64,000 nt of DNA, taken from NCBI GenBank assembly GCA_029266835.1, contig JAQSWD010000037.1:944-64943 (forward strand), given 5' to 3'. The position numbers and the translations under genes are program-made. The notes beneath the pieces are model-generated. The model worked only from the letters and a program-made list of their open reading frames with translations. It ran no database searches and was not told the origin of the DNA. The stretch comes from Steroidobacteraceae bacterium (lineage in GTDB: Bacteria; Pseudomonadota; Gammaproteobacteria; Steroidobacterales; Steroidobacteraceae). Below, piece after piece: positions 32,423 through 44,400 of the stretch. Every line of letters starts with the position of its first letter. Position 1 is the stretch's first letter.

Positions 32423-35400
32423 GTGAACAAGCCGTCATCGAAGAAGCTGCCGTCGTCGCAGCCGACCTTCCTCAAGTCCGCCGTCGCGCTCGCAGTCGCG
32501 GCCGGGCTTTACGGCGCACCGGCCCGGGCGCAGATTCCGTCGCCATTTCCATCACCCCCGGCCATCGGCAGCTCGATCCTGAATCCCGTGACTGGCCTGA
32601 TGGAGGTGGTTCGCAGCCATCCCGACCTGCCGTTCGGCACTGTGCGCACCTGGGAAGGGAGCTACATCTGGTACGGCCCGACGACGGAAGACGAAATCTT
32701 CGTCATCCCGGCGCAAGCCGCCATTCCGGCGACGGCTGACTACCCGGGACAGCCCGCGCTGTCGGAGCGGGTCGTACGCATCGATGACGTCACCCGACTC
32801 GACGACAACGACCCCAGTACGCCAGTCGAAGACCATCTAGTCATCGGCATCTCGATCGTGACGTTGAGCGGGGATCCTTCGCCGACTTCTTCGATCGATG
32901 TCGTGAGCCCGATCGTGCAGTCGCCGCCACCGCCTGGACGTGTGCTCGTCCCGACGCCGGGTCCGGGTGAAGGCGGCGCTGGATATACGATTCCCGCGGT
33001 GCCGGCGGACAGTGTGAACGCGATCTACGATCCGCAGCACGGCCGCTATGGCGACAACGGCTCCGATGGCTGGGGCTTCGAGGTCTGCTTCTTCGGATGC
33101 TGGACCGTCGGCGACGATGCGGATCCCGGCGAGGCGGGCAGCGCCCCCTCCGCCTTCACGCAGACTTATGACGCGGATGACCTCGTCGTCGCGAACGGCG
33201 GACAGATTTTCGCCACCGGCTTCGAGCAGGCGGGCATCGCGGTGCTGCGCCGGGGTGGCGACGGCGGCCAGGGCGGCGACGCGTGGGGTGCGCTCAGCGC
33301 CGGAAACGGCGGCGCGGCGGGCCAGGGCGGCCAGATCGACATCACGTCGAACGTCGACATCACTACGACGGGCGAACGTGGCTTCGGCATCTGGGCCCAG
33401 AGCCGCGCGGGCTACGGCGGCGACGGCGGCAGCGGCTACATCTTCAGCGGATCGGGCAGCGGCGGACCTGCGGCGCTCGCGGGCAATGCGAGTGCAACCA
33501 ACAACGGCGACATCATCACCCGCGGTGAAGGCGCCATAGGACTTTACGTCCAGAGCATCGGCGGCGGCGGCGGCAACGGTGGCGATTCCTACGGCATCGT
33601 GGGTGATGGCGGCTGGGCGAGCGAGGGCGGCGACGGACGCACCGCGACGGCGATCAACAACGGCACGATTCAAACCGGCCGCATCGATTTCAACTCGCAG
33701 GGCGTGCTCGACAACATGGGACAGGCAGCGCACGGCGTGTTCGCGCAAAGCGTCGGCGGCAGCGGCGGCAATGCCGGCGACGGCGGCGGCATCACGGGCC
33801 TCGGTGGGACCGGCGCAACCGGTGGCGATGGAGCGCTCGCGCACGCGATCAACGGGGCCAACGCCGGTATCACCACGATCGGTCACGCATCGCATGGCCT
33901 GTACGCGCAGTCGGTCGGAGGGGGCGGCGGCGACGGCGGTTCGGGCGCGGGTATCGTGGGAGTCGGCGGCGGAGGTGCGGGTGGCGGTGATGGTGGTGAA
34001 GCGCGCGCTGAAAATCGGGCGGGCGCGACCATCCTGACGGCTGGCGACGGCGCGTTCGGCATCCTCGCGCAATCGGTCGGCGGTGGCGGCGGCAACGGCG
34101 GCAACTCGGGCGGCATCGTCGGCATCGGCGGCGGCGGCACGAGCGGAGGCCAGGGCGGAGCCGCGAACGTTGACAATAGCGGTTCGGTGACGACGCTCGG
34201 CGACTACTCGCACGGCGTCGTCGCGCAGTCGATCGGCGGTGGAGGCGGCACCGGCGGCAACGGCGACGGCCTCGTGGGGCTCGGCGGCGGCAGCAACTCG
34301 CTCACGCCAAATCACGGCGGCCTGGTGCGCATCGAGAATTTTCTGGGTAGTTCGATCCGTACCGAAGGCCAGAGCTCGTACGGCGTGCTCGCGCAGAGCA
34401 TCGGCGGCGGCGGTGGGTCGGGCGCGGGGTCGGGCGGCTTGGTGACCGTCGGCGGATCCGGCGGCGCAGGCGGCAACGGCAACGACGTGACGGTGGTCAG
34501 TCGCGCGGCGATCGAGACTCTCGGCGCGGACGGCAAGGGCATCGTCGCGCAGTCCATCGGCGGCGGTGGCGGTTCGGCGAGCGCGTCGACGGGCGCGGTC
34601 GAGCTCGGCGGTGAGGGCGCGGGCGGTGGCAATGGCCGGCTCGTCATTGTCGAGAATCACGGTAGCATCTCGACGATCGGCCGCGGTGCGGACGGGATCT
34701 TCGCGCAGAGCATCGGTGGTGGCGGCGGCAACGGCGCGAGCTCGAGCGGCGTGGTCGCGCTCGGTGGCTCGGGCGCGGGCGGCGGTAACGGCGGCGCCGT
34801 GAACGTCTCTAACTACAGCACGATCTACACGCAGGGCGCGCGTGCCCGCGGCATCATGGCCGAGAGCGTCGGCGGTGGCGGCGGCAGCGGGGGCGAGGGC
34901 GACGGGCTCGTCGCGATCGGCGGCTCCGGCGGCGCGGGCGGCGGCGCCGGTGTCGGCACGCCCAACATCGCGGGCGACCTGACGGTCGTCAACGCGGGCG
35001 AGATCCTCACGGCCGGCGCGGTCTCGGCGGCGATCGAAGCGCGCAGCGTCGGCGGCGGCGGTGGCAGCGGCGGCAGCGCCGGTTCCACCGTGCCCGGCGG
35101 CATCGTGATCGGCGGCACCGGCGGCGACGGTGGGCGCGCCGGCTTCGTCGACGTGACCAACAATCGCGACCTCGAAACATTCGGCGATGATTCGCACGGG
35201 ATCTTCGCGCAGGCCGTGGGCGGCGGGGGCGGCAACGGTGGCAACACCACCTCGATTTCCCTGTTCAGCGGCGCGTCGCTCGGTGCGTCCGGCGGTGACG
35301 GCGGCGATGGCAACCGCGTCTGGATTCGAGGCAACTCGCTCGCGGGCGTGACGCCGACGATCGAAACCCACGGCGACCGCGCAAAGGGAATCTTCGCGCA

Positions 35401-38400
35401 GTCGGTCGGTGGCGGCGGCGGCAACGGCGGCTTCGCGATCCAGGGCACGATCGGCCTGGGTCTTGGCGCCAGCGTCTCGACGGCGGTCGGCGGCGCGGGC
35501 GGCGGCGGCGGCGCGGGTGCGCGCGTCGACGTCCTCGCCAGCCAGGCCCTGCGCACGGCGGGTGAGGACGCCGACGGCATCCTCGCACAGTCGATCGGTG
35601 GCGGCGGCGGCAACGGCGGCTTCGCGATGTCGTACTCCGCGGGCTCGGGTCCCGTCGCATCGGGCGCCGTCGCGGCGTCCATCGGCGGGCGCGGCGGCGC
35701 CGGCGGCAACGGCGGCTTCGTCCGCGTCGACGCGGGCGGTTCGATCCTGACGACGGGCGCCCTGTCCGATGGTCTCATCGCGCAATCGATCGGCGGCGGT
35801 GGCGGCTCCGGCGGCTACTCCATCGCGTTCGCGGCGTCGGGCGCGGGCGCCGCCGCGGGCTCGGTGTCGGTGGCGATCGGCGGCACGGGCGGCGACGGCG
35901 GTGCGGCGGGCGAAGTCGACGTCGACTACGCCGGCGACATCACGACCGCCGACAACGATTCCGTCGGCGTGATCGCGCAGGCGGTCGGCGGTGGCGGCGG
36001 TACCGGCGGTTACACCATTTCCGGTTCGCTCGCGGGCGCGGGCGGCGCCGCGGGCGCGGTCGCGGTCGGCGTGGGCGGTGCGGGTGGCGGCGGAGGCGGC
36101 GGCGGAGTCGTGAGCTCCTCGCTCACCGGCAACCTGACTACCCTCGGCGATCGTTCGACCGGAATGATCGTGCAATCCGTGGGTGGGCGCGGCGGCAGCG
36201 GCGGCTTCAACATATCCGGCGCGATCTCGGGCGCGGGTGGCGGGGCGGCGGCGGTCTCCGTCGGCGTCGGCGGTTCGGGCGGCGGTGGCGGCAATGGCAA
36301 CAGCGCGACGGGCACGTTGCTCGGCAACGCGATGACGCTGGGCGCCGATGCGGATGCCGTGCTCGTGCAGAGCGTCGGCGGTGGCGGCGGCAACGGCGGC
36401 TTCAATGTGAGCGGCTCGATCGGTGGCGCGGGCGGTGGCGCCGCGGGCCTGGCGGTCGGCGTGGGTGGCGCGGGTGGCGGCGCTGGCGACGGCCTCGCGG
36501 CGACGGGATCCGTCACCGGCAATCTATCTACCGCGGGCGACGGCTCGAATGCGTTCGTGACGCAGAGCATCGGCGGCGGCGGCGGCAACGGTGGCTTCAA
36601 CGCTGGCGGCGGAATCTCGGGCGGGGGCGGCGGCGCGGGCGCCGTGTCGGTGGGCGTCGGTGGCGCGGGGGGCGGTGGTGGCGCGGGCGGCATCGTATCC
36701 GCGACGCTCGTGGGTTCCGCGCAAACGCGCGGCGACAACGCGACCGCGATCGTCGCGCAGAGCATCGGCGGTGGCGGCGGCAACGGCGGCTTCAACGCGA
36801 CCGGCTCGATTGCCGGCGCGGGTGGCGGCGCGGGCGCCGTGTCGGTCGGCGTCGGCGGATCGGGCGGCGCCGGTGGCGGCGCGCTCCAAACTACTTTGAC
36901 GGTCACCGGCGACGACGGTTCCGGCGGCATTCTCGCGCAAAGCGTCGGCGGCGGTGGCGGCAATGGCGGGTTCAATGCAACCGCAGCGATCTCGGCGGCC
37001 GGCGCGGGCGCGGGCTCCGTCGCGGTCGGTGTCGGCGGCGCGGGCGGCACGGGCGCGCACGTCGGCGGCGTCGTGACGGCAACGGTCACCGGCAATATCG
37101 TCACGCGCGGCGTGAATGCGACGGGCATGACGGCGCAGAGCATCGGCGGCGGTGGCGGCAACGGCGGCTTCAATGCGTCGGCGGCGATCTCGGGCGCGGG
37201 CACCGGCGCCGGTGCCGTTGCGGTCGGCGTCGGCGGTTCCGCCGGCGGCGCCGGCAGCGGCGGCGACGTCGTCGGCACGCTGACCGGCGACCTCGAAACC
37301 ACCGGAGACGGTTCCGACGGCATCGTCGTGCAGAGCATCGGCGGCGGCGGCGGCAATGGCGGCTTCACGGCCGACGGCGCGATTTCCGCGGCTGGCGCCG
37401 GCGCGGGCTCCGTGTCGGTGGGCGTCGGCGGTTCCGGCGCGGGCGCCGGCAACGGCGGCATCGTGACGGCGAACGTGACCGGCAACGTGGTCACCACGGG
37501 CGAGAACGCGAGCAGCATCGTCGCGCAGTCGATCGGCGGCGGCGGCGGCAACGGCGGCTTCGCCGCGGGCGGCGGCATCTCGGGTGCGGGCACCGGCGCG
37601 GGCTCCGTGGCCGTGGGCGTCGGCGGCTCCGGCGGCGCCGGCGGCACGGGCAACGAAGTGCGCGCGGTCGTCAGCGGCAATGCGACCACGCTCGGCGAAA
37701 ACTCGACGGCCGTGGTCGTGCAGAGTCTCGGCGGCGGCGGCGGCACCGGCGGCATGAGCGTCGTCGGCACGCTCTCGGGCGGCGGCACCGGCGCGGGCTC
37801 AGTGTCGGTGGGCCTGGGCGGTGCGGGCGGTGGCGGCGGATTCGCGGGACTAACTACCCTCGATCTCACCGGCGACGTCGGGACGGCGGGCGACGGCGCG
37901 GGCGGCGTGCTCGTGCAGAGCGTCGGCGGCGGTGGCGGCTCGGGCGCGATGAGCGTCGTGGGCGCGCTCGCGGGCGGCGGCCAGGGCGCGGGCGCGGTGG
38001 CCGTGGGCGTTGGCGGTTCGGGCGGGCTCGGCGGCGATGGCGCCGTGGTCGAAGCGGCCGTGACCGGCAACGTGAGCACGCGGGGCGATCGCGCGACCGC
38101 GTTCATCGCGCAGAGTCTGGGCGGCGGCGGTGGCAACGGCGGGATGAACGTGACCGGCGCGATGGCAGCCGCGGGACGCGGCGCGGGCTCGGTGGCGGTT
38201 GGCGTCGGCGGCGTCGGCGGCGGTGGCGGCGACGGATTCGGCGTCACTGCGAGGCACACGGGCATCCTCATCACTCTCGGCGCGGATTCGCATGGCGCGC
38301 TGTTCCAGAGCATCGGCGGCGGCGGCGGCAATGGCGGCATGAACGTCACCGCGGGTCTCACGGCGGCCGGTGACGGCGCGGGCACGCTCGCGGTCGGTGT

Positions 38401-41400
38401 GGGTGGTGCGGGCGGCGACGGCGGCGACGCGGGGTTCGTGACCGGCACGGTGACCGGCAATGCGTCCACGCTCGGCGACGGCAGCTTCGGCGTGCTCATG
38501 CAGAGCGTGGGCGGAGGGGGCGGCAACGGCGCCATGAACATCACGGGTGCGGTCTCGTTGAGCAAAGGTCCCAACGGCTCGATGGGTGTCGGCGTCGGCG
38601 GATTCGGCGGCGCGGGCGGCGATGCGGGCGCGGTCGAGGGAACGGTCGACGGCGAGGTCGCCACGCACGGCCGCGGCGCGATTGGCGTGCTCGCGCAGTC
38701 GGTCGGCGGCGGCGGCGGCAACGGCGGCATGAACATCACCGGTGCGATGTCGATCGCGAAGGAAACGAATGCCGCGGCGGCGCTCGGCGTTGGCGGTTTC
38801 GGCGGCGGCGGTGGCGACTCGGCTCTCGTGACGCTGACGCGCATCGGCACGACGCAGACGATCGGTGCGAATTCGGACGGCGTCGTCGCGCAATCGATCG
38901 GCGGTGGCGGCGGCAATGGTGGCATCAACATCTCGTCGAGCCTCTCGGGTTCGACCCAGGGCTCGGCGTTTTCACTGGCGGGCGGAGTCGGCGGCTTCGG
39001 CGGCGACGGCGGCGAGGGCCGCAACGTGACAGCCACCGTGACGGGCGACGTGCTTGCGACGGGCTTCGGCGCGCTCGCCTACGAACACGAAGACGGCGTC
39101 CATCGCCGGCGTATCGCCGACGGCTCGAATGGCGTGCTCGCGCAGAGCATCGGCGGGTCGGGCGGCAACGGCGGCATGAACATCTCGGGCGGTATCGCGC
39201 TCGACGGCTCGAACGGCAGCTCGCATTCGTTGTCGCTCGGCGTCGGCGGATTTGCAGGCGGCGGCGGCGACGCGGGCGAGGTGCGCCTCACGGTCGACGC
39301 GTCGCGAGTGTTCGCGGTCGGCGATCACCGGTTCGGCATCGGTGCGCAATCGGTCGGTGGCGGCGGCGGCAGCGGCGGAATGAACATCGCGGGCGGCATC
39401 GCGATGGATGGCGTTCTGTCGGCCGGTGTCGGTGGGTTCGGCGGTGACGGGGGCGTCGCGCGCGCCGTGACCGCGACAGCGAACACGGGCATCGATGTCA
39501 TCGGCGCGCACAGCATCGGCTTCATGGCGCAATCCATCGGCGGCGGCGGCGGTACCGGCGGCGTGAACATCAGCGGCGCGATCCAGGCCAACAGCCAGAG
39601 CGACCGGCCCACGGTCACGTTCGGCCTCGGCGGCGCAGGCGGCGCGGGCAATGTGAGCGGCACGGTGAACGCCACCCAGCACGGCGACATTCTCGTGATG
39701 GGCAACCAGTCGATCGGCGTGCTCGCGCAGAGCGTGGCGGGCGGCGGCGGCGCGGGGGCGATGAACATCACCGGCAATATCGCGCGGGGTACCGGGTACA
39801 ACGCGACCGTCGCGATCGGCGGCCAGGGCGGCGCCGGCGCGGACGCGGCGCGAGTCGAGCTGCGCAGCGACGGCGACGTCACGGTCGACGGCCGCGAGGT
39901 CAATTTCTCGGGCGTCATCGCGCCCAACGGCGACACGATCGTCGCCGGGATCGGCGGCAGCGGCGGTGGCGGTGGTCATGCGGGTGCGGTGTTCGTCGAG
40001 CGCGGCGCACGAGAGGCGGGCATCATCGAAACCTTCGGCGCACGCGCGAACGGTCTCACCGCGCAGTCGATCGGTGGCGGCGGTGGCAACGGCGGCATCA
40101 ACTTCACGCAGAGTCTCGCGGACGATGACGGCGACACGCTGAATTTTGGCGTCGGCGGCGATGGCGCCGCCCCGGGTCACGGCCAGCAGGTCGACGTGCG
40201 CCACACTGGCGACATCCTCACCCATGGCAATCGCAGCGCGGGTCTGCTCGCGCAATCCGTGGGCGGCGGCGGCGGCAACGCGGACCTCAACATCGCGACC
40301 GCGCACGGCGGCGACACCGGCGTCAACATCGGCATCGGCGGCAACACGGGTCCCGGCGGCGACGGCGGCGATGTCGACGTGCGCCATACCGGCGACATCT
40401 CGACGAGCGGTCACTTCTCACATGCGCTCATGGCGCAGAGCGTCGGCGGCGGCGGCGGCAGTGCCGGCACCGACTTCGTGTCCGGCGACGCGTCGGATCT
40501 CGCGTTCCAGCTCGGCCGCCGTGGCGGCACGGGTGGCGACGGCGGCGACGTCCACGTCGAGTCCGCGGGCACGCTAACTACCGTGGGCGACCGATCCGTC
40601 GGCATCCGGGCGCAGAGCGTGGGTCTCGGCGGCGGCGAGAGCAGCTCGACGTCGGGCGAGATCTCGGGCGGCGACGAGGACGACGATTCCGATTGGGCGG
40701 TGTCGCTCGAACTCGGCATCTCGGGCTCGACCGGCGGCGTCGCAGGCGACGTCGATGTGCGTGCCGGCGGCTCGATCTCGACACAGGGCCTCGAGTCGCA
40801 CGGCATCCACGCGCAATCGCAGGGCGGCGGCGGCGGTGACGGCGGCGCGATCGAGCGACAGCCCGCCGCGACGGCCTCGCACCAGGTCCAGGTCGCGATT
40901 GGCGGCGGCGGCGGTTCGGGTGGCATCGCAGGCGCGGTGCTCGTGGACAGCGATGCGGACATCGAGACGGACGGCGACAGGTCGCACGGCATCTTCGCGC
41001 AGAGCGTCGGCGGTGGCGGCGGCAATGGCGGCTACACGGCGGCCGTGGATCTCGAGGATGGCGATGACGACAGCGGTGGCAACACGATCGCGGTGAGTCT
41101 CGGCGGCGACGGCGGTACGGGTTCGATCGCGAGTACCGTGGACGTCACCAACCGCGGCGACATCCTCACGCGCGGCCGTGAATCACACGGCATCAATGCG
41201 GAGTCAACGGGCGGTGGCGGCGGCGCGGGCGGCGCGGTGCTCAGCATCGGCAACAGCAGCGGCGCTACGACGCGTGCGCTCACCGTGAACATCGGCGGCA
41301 GCGGCGGAGAGGGCGGCGTGTCCGACGACGTCACTGTCATCAACGAAGGGGTGATCGCGACGCTCGGCGACAACGCGTCCGGCATCCGCGCCAAAAGCAT

Positions 41401-44400
41401 CGGGGGCAAAGGTGGCGATGCCGGCCTCATGCTCAGCCTCGGCGTGCAGAACGTCGGTCCGAACCAGAGCGCGACCCGCCTCACGGTCAACGTGGGCGGC
41501 GATGGCGGCACGGGTGGCGTCGCGGGGGACGTCGCGGTCGTCAACCGCGCGCGGACGGGAGTCGCCGACAGCGGCGTCATCGCGACCGCGGGTCGCGAGT
41601 CGCACGGCATATTCGCGCAGTCGCTCGGCGGCGGCGGTGGCAACGGCAGCTCGATCATCACCTCGAACCTCGGCGCGTCGAATGGCGGTCAGCTCACGCT
41701 CATCGATCTCGCGTTCGGCGGACGCGGCGGCAACGGCTCGCAGTCGGGCACCGTCACCGTCACCAACGATTCGCTGATCGACACGTCCGGCGAAAAAGCG
41801 CACGGCATCTTCGCGCAGTCGATCGGCGGGGGCGGCGGCAACGGCGGTCTCGTGCTCGCAGCGAACGCGGTGCTCGCCTCGGGCGACGTGCCGAACGAGG
41901 CGATGGTCACCATCGGCGGCGAAGGCGGCACCGGCGATGACGCCGGCGACGTCACGATCAACAACAGCGGCCGCATCGTCACGCGCGGCGATCGCGCGCA
42001 CGGAATCTTCGCGCAATCAATCGGCGGCGGCGGCGGCAACGCGGGCCTCGGCTTCGGTCTGTCGACCAACCCGGGCAGCATGGTCATCGCCGGCGCGTTG
42101 TCCGCGGCGTTCGGCGGACGCGGCGGCGAGGGCGGTCTCGGCGGCCACGTCACCGTAACTCACACGGGCGACATCACGGTGCTCGGCCGTGGCTCGCAGG
42201 CGGTGGTTGCGGAAAGCATCAATGGCGGTGGCGGTCACGTGACGTTCGATCTGAACGGCGTCGCGACGCTGCCCGGCGTGCCCGACAATGTCTACAACGT
42301 GATTCCGCTGCCATCCGGCATCGACGCGGCGGATCCGCGGCTCGTATTTTCCGGCGGCGGCGCGTCGCAGCAGAACTCGAACGCCGGCAACGTCACGCTC
42401 AACTACACCGGAACCTTCGGCGTCGCAGGCGACAACGGCGCAGCGAACGCCGTGCAGGCGATCGGTGGCGGCGGCGGCACGTTCGATCTGTCGATTGACC
42501 TGCTCGACGTCGAGGGCGCGGTCGACGACGTGGATGTCGACGGCCGCCTGGGTGGCATCGATGGCCGGAACAATCGCGGCGGCGATGTGAGCTCGGCTCA
42601 CGACGGCGATCTCGTGACCGAAGGTGACAACACTCAGGGCGCGCTCGTCCAGTCCATCGGCGGCGGCGGCGGCCGCGCAAACCTGGATCTGACGTCGAAC
42701 CACGATTCGATTGGCGCGGCCGCGATTTCGCTCGGTGGCCGGAATGGCACGAACGAAGAGGGCGGCAACATCCAGCACACGCAGAACGGTTCCGTCGCGA
42801 CGTTGGGAGAGAGCGCGCACGGCGGCGTCTTCCAGAGCATCGGCGGCGGCGGAGGTAGTTTGAGCCTCATGGCGGGCGGTGCGGATTCTCCGGCGCCGGA
42901 TGCGGCGTCCGTTTCCAAGCTGGAAGACGGCACCGGCCACGGCAACCCGACGCGTCAGGCGCTGAACATGATCGTGCCGCAGCTCACCTTCGGCGCGGAC
43001 GGCGGCACGCGGCTCGAGGGCGGTGATGTTGGCGTCATGCTCGACGGCGACGTACATACGCAGGGCAACAACGCGGTCGGCATGATCTTTCAGAGCGTCG
43101 GCGCCGGCGGCGGCATCGCGAGCGTGCTCGGCGTCGATGGGCTCGGCGTCGCCCTCGGCGGCAGCAACGGCGCCACCGGCGACGGCGGGTCGCTCGGTGT
43201 GACGAACACGGGTGATGTGTCGACGCAGGGACGGCGCGCGCATGGCGTGTTCCTGCAATCGATCGGCGGCGGCGGAAGCGCAGTGTTCACCGACTCGCCC
43301 GAAGCGACGGTGACACTCGCGGCCGGCAACACCGGTAGCGGCGGCGCGATTTCATTCGCACAGAACGGCACGATCGCCACGAGCGGCGAGCGCGCATACG
43401 GAGTGTTTGCACAGAGCGTCGGCGGCGGAGGCGGCTATGTCGATGATGTCTTCGCGGGCAGCGCCGGTGGCGCCGGCTCCGCGGGCAACATCGACCTCAC
43501 GCTCAACGGCGACATCGTCGCGCTCGGCGACTTCTCGACGGCGGTGTTCGCGCAGAGCAGCGGCTCCGGCGGGCTCGGCGGCAACATTACGGCGACGCTC
43601 GCGGCGGGCAACGGCCTCCTCGGCGGCGCGAACGGCAACGCGGTGCATTTCGATGGCGGCGCGCTGAATCGCTTCACGAACCGCGGCAATGTGGCGACGC
43701 TCTCCGGCATCGAGGGCTTCGCATTCCGCGGCGGCGCGGGCGGCGACATCATCGACAACTTCGGCGTTACGGTGGGCAACGTCGATCTCGGCGCAGGCGC
43801 GAACGCATTCGTCAACAACGCCGGCGCGACTTTCTACACGGGCACGACGTTGAACCTGGGCAGCCCTGCGAACGTGTTCCGGAACGACGGCACCATCGCG
43901 CCCGGCGATGCGGCGCTCGCCGTGGAGACGCGCCTTGGGGGCAGCTATCTACAGACCCCGACGGGTGTCGCGAACATGGAGATCGATTTCGCCCGCCGGG
44001 AAGGCGATCGCATCACCGCGACGGGCACGGCCGAAGTTTCGGGGACGGTGAACTTCTCGCTGCTCAACACGCAGTTCATCCGTCCGGGCTTGCAGTTCCA
44101 GCCGCTGTTCACTGCGAGCGACGGCGCGCGTGACCGCGGCGTGGCGTTCAATCCGCAGCGCTCGATCGTCATCGACTACCGGCTGATCAACCAGAACCCG
44201 AACGCGCTCGGCGTGCAGTACGACGTGGACTTCAACGCGGATGGCCTCACGGGCAACCGTCGCGAAGTCGGTGACTACCTGAATCGCGTGCAGTCCGCAG
44301 GCGGTCCGGGTGCGCTGGGCGACACGATCTCGACTGCCGTCCTGCACACCGACCTCGACGCGTACGCGTCCATGCTCACGCAGCTCGGCACGGAGTTCTA

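Noticed and set aside
32837-43258. Very long minus-strand ORFs inside the autotransporter gene (32837..36175, 36010..39036, 38972..40414, 42017..43258), some translating to striking poly-Pro 'PPLPPPPP' repeats
   Set aside because: They are the reverse complement of GGC/GGT-rich Gly codons (GGCGGCGGC reads as GCC/CCG/CGC on the other strand). They have no start context or domain signatures and end exactly where rare A/T-rich sense codons create antisense stops. These are shadow ORFs of a GC-rich repeat gene.
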